Translations under genes and position numbers: made by a program | NCBI RefSeq assembly: GCF_009914755.1 | Contig: NC_060926.1 | Length of the DNA stretch: 64,000 nt | From: the human T2T-CHM13v2.0 reference genome, Homo sapiens | Reading direction: 5' to 3' (one strand) | Notes under the pieces: generated by a model | Seen by the model: the letters and a program-made list of their open reading frames with translations, nothing else | Database searches by the model: none | Told to the model about the DNA's origin: nothing | In this document: positions 1 to 15,000 of the stretch, in pieces | How positions within the stretch are numbered: the first letter of the stretch is position 1 | Layout: every line of letters starts with the position of its first letter

Positions 1-449
1 CTGGGGGCTACTGTAAAATTAGCACAAACTGGGTGGCTTATAAACAGGAGTTTATTCTCTCTTCATTCTGGAGGACAGAAGACCAAAATCAAGGTGTCGA
101 CAGGGGCACGCTCCCTCAGGATGCACTCGGGGAGAGCTCATCCCTTGCCTCTTCTAACTTTTGCTAGCTGTCAGCATTCTTTGACACATGACCCTATGAC
201 CACCTCACTCTAATCTCTGCCTCTGTGATCGCAATGCCTCCTCCTCTCTTCTTGTCTGTCTCAAATCTCTCTCAGCAATTCTCTTATAAGGACACTTCAG
301 CATCTGGGTAAACCAGGATTTTATCTCAAGATTCTTAATTACATTAGCAAAGACCCTTTTTCCAAATAATGTAACATTCATAGGTTCCAGGAATTTGATA
401 TGGACATATATTTTTGGGGGTTCGTGGAGGCACCATTCAACCTGCCACA
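1..449 (-). mobile_element. MLT1 (ERVL-MaLR) LTR, truncated by window edge
   Basis: Typical MLT1 antisense text (aaactgggtggctta...gaccaaaatcaaggtgtc...cttataaggacac...ttccaaataatgtaacattcatagg); ends ccattcaacctgccaca, the reverse complement of the LTR 5' end. Confidence 0.85.
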
Positions 450-454
450 GTGAG

Positions 455-665
455 TAAACTACTAGTGTTATTAGCCCTTCTTTTCCAAGATCATAGAGCC
501 AGGATTCCAACCAGGCAGCCTGGTTTCAGCATCCCTGCACTTAAACTCTTCATGATGTTGGCTATGTTATAGACTCATTGTCAGGGTTAAAGCTCATTCT
601 ATAAAGCACCAAACATTGTGCCTGACACATAGTGGAGCCACAAAACTTGTAACTCTTATTGTTAT
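455..665. mobile_element. MIR fragments
   Basis: agagccaggattccaaccaggcag and aaagcacc...gtgcctgacacatagt resemble the MIR core and tail. Confidence 0.6.
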
Positions 666-785
666 GAATACATATTTTATTGGTCAAAGTTAGGATGACT
701 ATTTGATTATGGTGTGGTATTCAGTTTGCGCGGTGGAATTCCTAACCAAGTTCAGACTGATCAGTAAGCTGAAGTCCTTGCTTAC

Positions 786-858
786 TTCCGTGAATCCTTC
801 AGTCAACACAACTTCCAATTAAAGATTTATTTCTCACAATTAAATTCAGATCCCTGTG
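786..858 (-). other. Candidate non-coding exon (73 nt)
   Basis: Minus strand: acceptor tttcttttctctcag| and donor GAA|gtaagc; stop codons in all three frames; motif evidence only. Confidence 0.3.
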
Positions 859-1202
859 CTGAGAGAAAAGAAATTTAAAGCCAGAGAAACAGGATAGCCT
901 CCAGGATGGCATGAAAAGAATTCTAACTTAGGGCTTCCTTGCTTACTTTTTGGAGACACAGATGAGCTGGCACAATAAATATTTAATGTGACATGATGTT
1001 AGTTTATACCAATTAGGAGTTGCAGGGTCAGATAGCAAGGAGTGAGTGACTAGCTCTCCTCTAGACCAATGTGAGTTAAAATAGTTATGCCTTTAGCATC
1101 CTTATTTCATAGGGTTTAGAAACCTTGGGGAAAGAACATTTAAAGTAAACATTTACAGCTATTATCTTTGCAGCTCTACACTGAGCGTTCTCAAGCTATG
1201 CT

Positions 1203-1258
1203 ACACACACACACACATACACACACACACAAATACACACATACACACACACACACAC
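1203..1258. repeat. Imperfect (CA)n microsatellite
   Basis: acacacacacacacatacacacacacacaaatacacacatacacac... Confidence 0.95.
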
Positions 1259-3317
1259 CCCTAAAGGACAGGCTGTCCCATATCTGGCTGCTTTTGGAAA
1301 ATGTTTCCCCTTGGCTATGTCAGTGCTCTATGAGGTATTGCTCACTGTAGATATGCATTAGCTATTTATTTCTTGGCCTATTCAATTTGTTGGAATATGG
1401 AGGGACTTGAAAACTTTAGAAACTCTATCCATCTGTGCAATTTGTGTCTATTATTTTCCAAATTGTGGTACTTGCTACCTCAGTACCACAAACATCTGTA
1501 GGCTAGGGACCAGCAGCTCCCCTTTCAATGGAGTTAGTTCCCATCATATATCACTGAGACCGGCACTCTTACATATGCCATTGTTGGCAGCACTGCTGGC
1601 TATTGTACCTTTAACAATACTCTGTAATTGTTGGTGCCTCTCTCCTGGTACCAAACTCAACTGCAGTTCTGAGGACTAGATACCAACCCAACTATTTGCT
1701 ACCTGGATCAGTTTTATCTGTTACTTAAGACTCTCCAATCTTTATCCATAACTTATAAATACTACTAACAATATTGGCTCTGTCTAATTCATAGAGCTGT
1801 TGGAAGGGTTATGAGAAAATAATTTACTTTATAAACTTTAAAGCTCTGTGTAGTGAATTATTATGTTATTTGCTTGAGAAAGACATTGAATTAATGAAAT
1901 TCCTTTGTTCTGACAAGTTTTCCTTGCAAACAAACAAATAAACCAAAAGAAACAAAAAAATAGAAACAATAAAAACCAGAAAACAAAAAAATCAGTATAC
2001 TCCAAAAAAATAGAAAATGCCACAAAAATAATCTAATCACCCAACAAAACTGCATGAAGGAATGTCTCTTTTCCTGGTCTTTCTATCCTTATGTTTATAA
2101 TTCCTTTCACAGATGAGCACATTTTACTCTTTACTTTCTAATTATTTACCTTTCCTAGGGATTCTTACTTTATTAAACTTCCATATTCTCTGAAAAAGAT
2201 GGCCTTTGGCCTACATTCGGACTGAAATATAAGAATAGCTTTTGATGGTAATGGAGAGGACAAAGTTTGTTGGTTTAACTCAGGGATTGACAAAATAATC
2301 CATGTGCTAAAAGTGTTTTTACATATTTTTAAATAGTTGAAAAAAATCTAAGGAATAATAACATTTTGTGATGCTTGAATATTATATGAAATTTGAATTT
2401 CGGTGCCAATAAATGAAGGTCTGTTGTAACACACCCACACACTTTCATTTGCCCTTGTCTATGGCTGCCTTCAGGCCACATGGCAAAGTTAGCAGTTGTG
2501 AGAGATACTCTATGTCCTTCAAAGCTGAAAATATTTTTTACTTTCTGGGCCTTCATAGACAAAATTTGGACAAACTAATTTCTTTTCTCCCTTCAGCCCA
2601 CATATTGATCATTTATTTAGTTCTAAGCTGGTAATAGTGAGTTGAGTAAGACACGGATGCTGTCCTCAAGAAGCTCATATCCATTAGCAGGAAAAGACAA
2701 GAAATCAGAACCTTTAAAAGATTCCACCCAGGCTGTGAAGAGGTAGAGGCAGAAAGGAGTTTGTGTGGCCACATTCCCAGCTCAGGCAAATCAAGGTCGA
2801 CCCAGTGGCCACTGGGGCAGCCTGTCTACCTGCCTGTGCACCTATACCTTCCTCTGTCCTGCTTTTTCCCAGCGCACCTTCCTCTAGACACTAGGTTTGG
2901 CTCCATTATCAAGGCCAATGACTTCTAGAACTACCTTTTGTGCGTCAGGGACAATGTATGAAAGAAACATCTGGGGAAGGCCACCCCACTTTCTTACAGA
3001 TGGGAGCTCCCTCCTTCTGAATTTGGAGGCAACTTCCTGGAGCCGCCTCCCATCTGTGGAGTTCTTGCAGAAGCTTGTTTTGAAAGTGGCTGTTGGAGAT
3101 ACCACACCAGGCGGCCCTGTGACCAGAAGCGCTCCTCGTGTGCACCTGTATTTGTGGTCCTAGAGGAGACCACCTCAGGGGTATCTTCTGCCTCTTCCTC
3201 AGAAGCTTTTCTATCAGCTTGTCCCATGAGTTTTCCATCCTCAGTCCTTGTGCCCCAGGGGAGTCAATTGTCAGCTGCTTCCCTGCTACTCTACATGAAG
3301 ATGCCACGGAACTTAGA

Positions 3318-3518
3318 CACAGGGCTGGGATTAGGATAAGGGAGGTGATGCTCTTGTCTCAGACACAACATGGGAGGCACCAAAAACTCAATAATCAACA
3401 TAAGTAAGATTTGAATGCAAAATTTAAAAAATCAAAATCAGTGCAAATATCCATAATGAATAGAAGGTGGGATCAATAACAGTGCTGGGCAAAGCTATGT
3501 TTGAGTTTGAGGCAAAAG
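3318..3518 (+). mobile_element. hAT MITE fragment, MER96B-like
   Basis: cagggctgggattaggataagg...gcaccaaaaactcaataatcaacataag...aaaatcaaaatcagtgcaaa...tgaggcaaaag resembles MER96B. Confidence 0.65.
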
Positions 3519-6500
3519 TTGAGATGCAGAAAAAGGAAGAGTTAAGTTCTGGCTGAAAGCTTTCTTCTTTAAATTATTAATTCTGGGGAAATACACAGAT
3601 GGAGAAGTCATTCTTGAAGCTGTGACCGTGTGGAATTTCGGAAAGAGCACTCAAATTTGAATGAGATAACGGTTCATAGTTTTGGCCCTCTCATGCCTTA
3701 CCATGTGACTTTAGAAGTCACAACCATTCCCAGGGCCTCAGTTTCCCCATTGCAAATGAAAGAGGATGGGTGAAATGATTTAGATTTACTTTAGCTATGG
3801 GATGTTTTGTGTGCACATCTTTCTATAATGTACCAGCATGCAAGACTCATGTGGGTCCTCCTCCTGGATCCAGCCAAGGTGTGATGATGGATATTGCACA
3901 ACCTTCTCCAAAACAGCACTCTTGTTTGTGGAGTCTGGAAACTGCCTGGAAGTCATTTCAGTGACTTCGACATGAGCTCACCACTTCCAGACAAGCAGTT
4001 TCTGTAAGCATGTAGTCTGCATTGACTGTGAGGTGCTGATAGAGGGATTGGCCATTGAGCAGCTGAAAGGTTGACTGAAGTTTCCCAATGGGGATCATCA
4101 CTCCACTAAAATATTAAAGTCATTGTGTACAAAATACTTGCAACATCCTGTTACAGTCCGAAATTCACGCCCTACACCCAACTGGCCAGCCTTAGCCCAT
4201 TGAAAGAAGTGAATTTAAAGACAGATTTTGGATTTTATGACTGGCATATGTTGAAACAGGATACAGTAGCCTCCAGTGAGCATTCTAGGGGCTTACTCTG
4301 AAGTTTTAATCACAGATAAAAATACTCAATGGGGCAAATACAGACAAATGATACCTTTTTTTTTTTTTTACCTAAGAACATTGAATTTACTTTATGAAAA
4401 TTATGTTTTCAGATCTACCTTCCTCTTCTGAATTCAAGTTTCTCAAGAGCAAAAAAATGAATGTAATTTCTGTAATCTAGTTGCTTATCACAATGCCTGG
4501 TATGAAATTATATATATATTATCTGAGATGCATTTAAACTCATGTAATCACAGAGGAAGGACCTTGGAAACCAAATGGTTTATGCAATATCTATATTATA
4601 AACCAGGAACCAGAAGCTGAGTTTTCAAAGCAATTTAGTGGAAGAAATGAAGCTTGAGAACAACATATTTAGCTTTTTACTTCTAAGTCCTGAGGGGAGT
4701 AAACAGACAATAAAAATCACCTGGCCCTAGAAGGAAAATTTCCTTCATCTGGAGACTGTATTGAAGATGGGTATACCTTTTGAAATATTCAGAAATATAC
4801 AGGCTGGGAATACTTCGCTTTTAAATTGAATATGCATGATTTTCTAGAAAAACAAATAAACCCACAAGTTTAGACAGACAAATAAGCAAGGGAGAGTCCC
4901 AATACACTCCTATGCATCAGTGTGACCTTAGGCAAGTGATCAAACCTCCCTGGGTCTGCTACTTATTCAACAAAATGGGAATCATCATCCTCAGTAATTT
5001 ATAATTCTGAGATTGCACATTTATAAAATTTAGTATGAAGTGGCTCTAAGGGTCAGCAAGTAATATGGTTCATTTTGAAATATGAATCCTTAGGAGGGAG
5101 AAAATGAGCAATGTGTCAAAATGCTTAATGTTTTCTCATTCTAAAGGCTTCTGACCTCTTGAAGCTGTCTTCCAGGCCCAACAGGAGGAGGGAGTGAGAG
5201 GCCATAGGAGTTTGAGGCTGCTGCATTAGCCGCACAGCGTTGGGGGCGGGTGGAGCAGGCAGCATACTTTTCTGCCTTTGTCTTCTAATCTTCCAATCTC
5301 TCCATTCTGGTTTAGGCAATTCATAATTTTAGTTTTACCTTATCTTTCCTCTCCTTTCGGGCGGATAGCTTCAACTTTGGAATAGTAAATGGCAAACTTT
5401 GCTTTTAGATCTTGCTTCCAAACTCAGATCTGTCACTTCCTGTGTAACCCTGGGAAGATCACCTACATTATTTGAACCTTGGTTTTGTTATTCATAAACT
5501 GGAGAAATTCCGTACTTTAGTATAGATTAATGATTTAATTTTGCATTAAAGTGTCTAACCCATAGTGGATGATTAATGAATACTAACTGTTAAAAGCATT
5601 CCTCCTTCCTACTAAAAGAGTTTTCAGTTTAGGATTATCACTCGGGTTTGGGTTTGTTTACTTGAAAATGGCTTTTTGTCTCTCCCATTCTTAAGTATGT
5701 ACGTTTATTCAACTCAATCCTTATTTTTCTTGACTTTCAGCCTGTATAATTATTGGTTAATTTCAAAGGAGTTACTTTGCTGGATACATCCTTGAATGAG
5801 AGGTATGCAGAAGATTTGGCTGATGCCAACCTTTTTCTACCTGTTGCTTATAATTAGGGATCTATTAGGGATGCTTTCTTGGAAGGCAACGTTGCATGGG
5901 TGTGTTTTATCTTGTATGTAATAGAAAAATAGCTGCAAAAAAATCAAATGGTGGATTTACAAGATGTAGGAAACAGTAGCAACTATGATTAATCTTTGAA
6001 AAAGTATCAGAAAAGCTTTGAAATAGCTGCAGGGAAAAGGAAACTACAAAATGTTGCATTGTGGCTTTGTAAAAGAACCAATTAGCATACCTTGAAACGA
6101 AAACTATAAGAAGGATAATTTTAAAATCGAACACAGATTTGAAATAGTGAGAAGTGAATTTAAAGATAGATCAGAAGTTTTCCAGAATGAAGCATATAAA
6201 GATAAAAAATGCAAAATATGGAGGAGAGAAAAGAAATATAGAGATGGTTTAAGGTTTGTTCAGAATTCGAGAAAAAGAGAATAGAAGGAAGAGACACTAT
6301 TTGAAGAAAAATTGAGCATTTTCCCAAAGCAAGAGGAAACACGACCTGCAGATTTCAGAAGCCAGGAATATTTTACACAGTTAAACAAATAAAAAGATGC
6401 AATGTAGTGAAACAGCAAACATAAAGCCAGAAAAATATACTGAATCAGTGAGATAAAAGACAGGTTGTCCTGAAAGCATAAGAGAAAAAAAATTATGTCA

Positions 6501-6625
6501 TTAGAGAGGACAATACCTTGTGAAAATATATTTTAAGAATAAAAATGAGAAAATATACATTTTTAGAAAAACAAATATTGAAAAAGTTTACAACCAGGTT
6601 TTCAATAATAAAAATTCCCAAGGAT

Positions 6626-6931
6626 TTTATTTATTTATTTATTTATCTCTTAATTTTTTTGAGATGGAGACTCACTCTGTCACCCAGGCTGGAGTGCAGT
6701 GGCATGATCTGCTCACTGCAACCTCCGCCTCCCAGGTTCAAGTGATTCTCTTGCCTCAGCCTCCCGAGAAGCTGGCATTACAGGTGCCCACCACCAGGTC
6801 CAGCTAATTTTAGTATTTTTAGTAGAGACAGGGTTTCCCCATGTTGGCCAGGCTGTTCTCGAACTTGGAACCTCACTCACCTCAGCCTCCCAAAGTGCTG
6901 GGATTACACGTGTGAGCTACCTCACCTGGCC
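6626..6931 (-). mobile_element. AluS
   Basis: Antisense Alu with (TTTA)n tail; flanked by ccaaggattt direct repeats. Confidence 0.95.
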
Positions 6932-7063
6932 CCAAGGATTTATTTTAAACAACTTGTTACTAAATGAAAGATTCGAGATGCAGGAAGGAAGGAAGAAAGA
7001 TCAAAGAGAGTCGTGAATGACTGGGTAAAAGTAAGGGAAGACGGATGCATAGAACACTAGTAG

Positions 7064-8128
<1,065 letters not shown>

Positions 8129-8342
8129 ATAGTATGTGTAATTAGTTATTATTTTTTTAAAGTAGCATTAAAATACAAAGTGTATAATCATTTATAAGTT
8201 TTCAGGGAAATAAATGTAGTTACACAGTTTTAAGGAACTTGCATTATCTAGGTATTAATTATTTCTAGATGAAGCTAAGTGGAGTTGATATGCCTGCTGT
8301 AAGTTCAAAGGAAATTCCACTAAGAATGGAAACAGTGTAAAA

Positions 8343-8815
8343 CTGTGTCTTAGAGAGCTTCCTTTTGCCACCAACTTTTCCAGGTCCACTCTTCCCTCAT
8401 CTGCACCCGGCTTGGTGCCTCGAGAGAGTGATCTTTGTGGACTGCATCAAGGGGCACCCTTGCCCTCTGGCCTCTGACTGGATTCAGCCAAAGGGGAGCG
8501 CCAGCAGGAGAGTAGAGGGAGGGAGGAGAATGAGGAGGTGGAGGCTGGACATGAGAGGCTGCCTCCCTGTGTGGTTGGAATGGACGGGCTGCTTCTCTGA
8601 GTGAAGGTTTCAGCTCCTGCCAGGCAGCCCTCTCTACTCAGCCTTCTCTGTCTGCAATTCTAGTAATTGTTCTTTTCTCTCATCCCTTCAGGCTGGGGGG
8701 TTGAAACTGGGCCCCCCTCTTCCCAGTTTTTTGGTTTCCCTTAATTCTGTCCACTGCTTTTTAAATAGCCCCTCGATTGAAGTCACATCACATTAAGCCA
8801 TTTTGAGTTACGTCA
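8343..8815 (+). mobile_element. ERVL LTR, LTR33-like
   Basis: ccttgccctctggcctctgactggattcagccaaagggg...gcaggagagtagagggagggaggagaatgagg resembles LTR33. Confidence 0.65.
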
Positions 8816-9173
8816 ACTGTTAATTGTTCAGAAATACAAACTTTATAGTAGAGGAAAAATACGTTAACAAGAAAGATCCAAAAATAGGCAAGAAGCAAAA
8901 GAAAAGAAAAACATAGGCCAAGTTTGAATAAAGAGAAATTTTTAAATTTTGAAGGTTAAGAAAAATTTTAAAATTACAATATAATAAATTTGAATCCATA
9001 TAAATGAACACTCTAGTTAAAAGAGAAAGATTATCACAATAAATTTGCTTTAAAATGTTTCATAGACACGTACAAAAGGTATAGAGAAAAGTTGCATGTG
9101 AAAGAACAGGAAAATATGACACGTCCTATTCAGTGATGAAGAGGAAGCTAGTGTATCTATATTACAGATATAG

Positions 9174-9508
<335 letters not shown>

Positions 9509-9545
9509 AGATCAAAAGATTTTAAGGCAGTAAGAAGCCTTACTA

Positions 9546-9911
<366 letters not shown>

Positions 9912-10507
9912 TCATATTACTAAATATTACTAAATTGTCACTTCAAAATATATAAAACAATATACACATAACTTCATGTAAAATAGATAAATCAATGTCA
10001 ATAGATAATCAATAAGCATATGATTAGAAATTTTAACACTTCCTTTTTGGTAACTGATAGAAAAAGCGGGGTAAAATCAGTAATGATATAACATATTTAT
10101 ATAATATTTGATTAATATGAAGGAAAGAGTTATTGTCATGATTTCTTAATGCACAAATGCCAAACACCATATTTAATAATTATTAAGTGTTCTTTTAAAT
10201 CACACATATACTAGGCAATAAAATAAGCCTCAGCAAATTTTGGTATTAAATCATGCAAAGTATCTTCTCTTTTCATAACAAATTTGGAAATTGAGATTTA
10301 GATAACACTGAGTCAAAGGAAGATTATAAGACATGTTCAAGAATATTTTTAATTAAGCAAAAATAGTACACAACATAAAAATAAGAAAATGTGAGAATGT
10401 AGCTAAATCTGTACTTAGAGGGAAATTTATCTCCTTAAATATGTATATTGGAAAAGAAGAAGTGCTAAAACTTAGTGAGTTAAACATAAATACCAAGAAT
10501 TTAGAAA

Positions 10508-11192
10508 ATAATAAATGTTGGTGAGGCTGTGGAGAAACTGGAATCTTTATATGCCACTGGTATGAATGTAAAATGGTATAGTCACTTTGGAAAACAGTTT
10601 TACGGTTCCTTAAATGGTTAAACATGGAGTTATTATGTGATCTAGCAATTCCACTGCTAGGTATTTTCTCAAGAAAAATAAAAACATATGCCCATAGCAA
10701 GACTTACACGTGAGCATTCATAGCAACTTTATTTGTACTAGCAAAAAACTGGAAACAATACAAATGCCCATTAATGGGTGAATGGATAAATACAATGTGG
10801 ATATTGATACAATGGAATTGTATTTAGAAATGAAAAGAAATAAATTAGTGACACGTGCTACAGCATGAATAAACCTTGAAAACATTTTGTTAAGGGAAAG
10901 AAGCCAGTCACAAAAGACCACATATTGTATGATTCCATTTATGTGAAACATACAGATTAGGTAAATCTACAAAGACAGAAAGCAGATTAGTAGTTGCCTA
11001 GGGGTGTGGGGAGGGGGAATGGGAGGTGACAGCATATGGTGCAGCATTTCTCTGAAAGTAATTAAAATGTTCTAAAATTACTGTGCCGATAGATGCACAA
11101 CTCTGTGAATATACTACCAGCCACTGCATTGAACATTTCAAATGGATAAATTATATGATGTATAAATTTTATCTCAAAAAAGCTGTTAAAAG
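10508..11192 (+). mobile_element. L1MB-type 3' end
   Basis: aaatgttggtgaggctgtggagaaactgg...gccagtcacaaaagaccacatattgtatgattccattt...aaaaaagctgttaaa. Confidence 0.85.
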
Positions 11193-11368
11193 AAATAATT
11201 TAAAGAACCACAAAATAAATCTAAAGATAGTAGAAGGGAGGAATAATAAATAAACGTGCAGAAATTAAGGCAATGGAAAGCAAGCATACCCTAGCAATCC
11301 TTCTTAACCTGAGCTCCACAAGGCAATGAAGCCTGAATGTCCTATGGCAAAGGTCAGCAAACTTTTAT

Positions 11369-11517
11369 ACATATATATAAAAGTTTGATCACAACATATA
11401 TATGATATGTTATATGATCACACATATATATGTGTGTGTGTGTGTGTGTATATATATATGTGTATATATATATATATATGTGTGTATATATATATATATA
11501 TGTGTATATATATATAC
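11369..11517. repeat. (TA)n/(TG)n compound microsatellite in place of the L1 tail
   Basis: atatatatgtgtgtgtgtg...tatatatatgtgtatatata. Confidence 0.95.
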
Positions 11518-12566
11518 TTTAAGTTCTGGGATATATGGGCAGAACGTGCAGGTTTGTTACATAGGTATACACATGCCATGGTGGTTTGCTGCACCCATCA
11601 ACCCGTCATCTACATTAGGTATTTCTCCTAATGCTATCCCTCCCCTGGGTCCATGTGTTCTCATTGTTCAACTCCCACTTAGGAGTGAGAACATGCGGTG
11701 TATGGTTTTCTGTTCCCGTGTTAGTTTGCTGAGAATGATGGTTTCCAGCTTCATCCATGTCCATGCAAAGGACGTGAACTCATCCTTTTTTACAGCTGAG
11801 TAGTATTCCATGGTATATATGTGTCACATTTTCTTTATCCAGTCTATCACTGATGAGCATTTGGGTTGTTTCCAAGTCTTTGCTATTGTGAACAGTGCGG
11901 CAATAAACATACGTGTGCATGTATCTTTATAGTAGAATGATTTATAATCCTTTGGGTATATACCCAGTAATGGGATTGCTGAGTCAAATAGTATTTCTGG
12001 TTCTAGATCCTTGAGGAATCGCCACACTGTTTTCCACAATGGTTGAACTAATTTACACTCCCACCAACAGTGCAAAAGTGTTCCTATTTCTCTACATCCT
12101 CTCCAGCATCTGTTGTTTCCTGACTTTTTAATCATCGCCATTCTAACTGGCATGAGATGGTATTTCATTGGGGTTTTGATTTGCATTTCTCTAATGACCA
12201 GTGATGATGAGCTTTTTTTCATATGTTTGTTGGCCACATAAATGTCTTCTTTTGAGAAATGTCTATTCATATCCTTCGCCCACTTTTTGATGAGGTTGTT
12301 TTTTTTTCTTGTAAATGTGTTTAAGTTCCTTGTAGATTCTGAATATTAGCCCTTTGTCAGATGGATACATTGCAAAATTTTTCTCCCATTCTGTAGGTTG
12401 CCTGTTCACTCTGATGATAGTTTCTTTTGCTGTGCAGAAGCTCTTTAGTTTAATTAGATCCCATTTGTCAATTTTGGCTTTTGTTGCCATTGCTTTTGGT
12501 GTTTTAGTCATGAAGTCTTTGCCCAAGCCTATGTCCTGAATGGTATTGCCTAGGTTTTCTTCTAGG
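11516..12566 (-). mobile_element. 5'-truncated L1PA (about L1PA6-8), ORF2 C-terminus plus 3' UTR
   Basis: ORFs 11824-12270 and 12263-12580 are L1 ORF2p C-terminal sequence ([29 protein letters not shown]; [27 protein letters not shown]); TSD caaacttttat at 11358-11368 and 12578-12588. Confidence 0.95.
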
Positions 12567-13867
12567 CGAAAACCTACCAAACTTTTATTGTAAAGGGCCA
12601 GACAGTAAGTATTTTAGGCTTTCAGGCCATAAGGCCTTTGGTCTCTGTTACAACCATGCAACTCTGCTCTTGCAGTGTGAAAATGCTGTGGAAACCATAC
12701 AGGCAGTGTGTAAATAAATGATCATGGCTGTGTTTCAATAAACCTTTATTTTTTCCCTAATTTTTAAGCTGCTGTATTTGAAACCATGTGTTAGCCAAAC
12801 AAAATACAACCCAGGCCCCTGTTTGCAACCTCTGACTTTTGCTGGATTTTATATTAGGGAACCTTGCATTTGAGTGTGGAATCTTATGTTTCCAATAAAT
12901 CTTTATTTACAAAACAGATGATGAGCCAGATGTCCAAGCCAGGGGCCTTTGTGTGCTGACCTCTGTCCTAAGGCATCTGCTGTATGTGATGAGTTAACTT
13001 TTTTTCCCTGTACGTCTGGAGTGCTAAAAGCTCTGTACCATCCTTGGGAGAACTGAGAAAAGGGCCACTCACATCATGCTCTGTAGGAGTTAATTCTCTC
13101 ATGGATTTCAAATTGAGAAAGGTTGTGCCGATAACCTTTGTTATTCGAAAACAAAACTAAACAAAAATATTAAAGTTTAAAATATTCTCAGAGGCTGATT
13201 TAGAAAAAAGGAAGTACAAATTACCAAAGTTGTAAATAAACAAAGAACGTTACTACAGAGCCTGTAGACACTGAAAAGTTAATAAGATGGTACTCCAAAC
13301 AACTTTATGCCAATGCATTTAAATATTTCTTTTTAATATTGAAGTGTATGTGGGGTGAGGGACTTGCCAAAAGTGTGCACGAAAAATAGAAAAACCTAAA
13401 TAGGTTTATATCATTAAACAAATTAAATTAATGGTTAAAAACCCCCAAAAGAAAAGTCGAACCTCAGTTGGCTTTACATTCAAGTAACATGGAAATCAAA
13501 TGTAAACTTCTAGGGAACAGAAAAAGAAGAATCACTCCTTAGTTAATTTTATCAGGAAAGCATAACCATAATACACAACCTAATGAGAACATTAGAAGAA
13601 AGTAAATTTACTGCAAACCTCACTCATGAGATGAAAAATTGTTAACAAATCAGCAAGCTGAATTTGACGTCAAATAAATTTAAAAAGATGCGAATTATGA
13701 TCACATTGGGTTTAACACAGGAATGCAAAGTGTTTTGAAAGGTAGCAAGTCAGTAATCTAATTTACTATATTAATAAATAATGAAGAACTATATAATCAT
13801 CTTGAGGCAGTAAAATGTATTAGATAAAATTTAATATTTATTCAAGATTTATAAAAAAAAATCTTCT

Positions 13868-14167
<300 letters not shown>

Positions 14168-14769
14168 ATCTTCTAACAAATTAGGTGCAGAAGAGAAGTT
14201 CCTTAGCATGATGAAGAATATCACCTGCAAGTTACAAGAATGCTCATAGTGGCGATTTGTTTTTGTTGTTGGTTTTTTGTTTTTTATAACAGCCCCAAAC
14301 AAGACACAGTCCAGTCAGACTGTGGTATATGCTTAAAATAAAATTCTATACAGTAATGAAAATGATTATCTTACAACTCTACAAAATGAAATGTGTGAAA
14401 ATTACCAAATAAATGCTGAATAAACCAAGCAGTTTACAAAAGCATACATATAATATAATTCCATTTAAATGAGGTATAAAACCGGAGGAAACTACAAAGC
14501 CATACCATTTAGCCATGTCCACATAAGTGGTAAATCTCTAAAGAGACACAAGCAAAGGGTTTCCATAAACTAGGACCATGATTATGTCCTGAAGGAGGAC
14601 CGGAAGAGACCCATAGCGTAAAGTGTTTTGGCAATGTTTATTTCTTGGCTTGGGTGGTGGTTACATTGTCTTTGTTATGTTCTTTATTTAGTCTTTATGT
14701 GCTTTTTCTGTATAAATTACGTTTAAAATAATACAATTAAAAATCAGGCTGAAGGAACACCTAATGCAG

Positions 14770-15000
14770 AGAGCTGAAATGGTTATTTTGTATCCAGGAG
14801 GAAGCAAATGACCTGAAAGCTGACGTCAAGAACCTGTGGATGGCAGAGTGGAGGGATAAGTCATGTGTTCTTCTATAATACCATCAAGATGCTGGAACAA
14901 TCCTTAGACTGCTACTTTTGGATTTCTGGGTAAGTGAAGAGGTATTTTTACGTAAAAAGAAAGGCCCTTAGGTCAGAGTCGCTCTTAGTTGGCTTTTCTG
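14770..15000 (+). mobile_element. Old MLT1-type LTR fragment
   Basis: ggatggcagagtggag...ctggaacaatccttagactgctacttttggatttctgg...tggcttttctgttac. Confidence 0.5.

Larger units (their letters stand above)
11348..12966. mobile_element. MER58 (hAT-Charlie MITE), split by an L1PA and a second insert
   Basis: aggtcagcaaacttt ... gtaaagggccagacagtaagtattttaggcttt ... tttatttacaaaacag ... gctgacctctg. Confidence 0.8.

Noticed and set aside
11824-12580. 148-aa and 105-aa ORFs with real protein similarity
   Set aside because: Frameshifted C-terminal L1 ORF2p remnants in a truncated element; not a functional CDS
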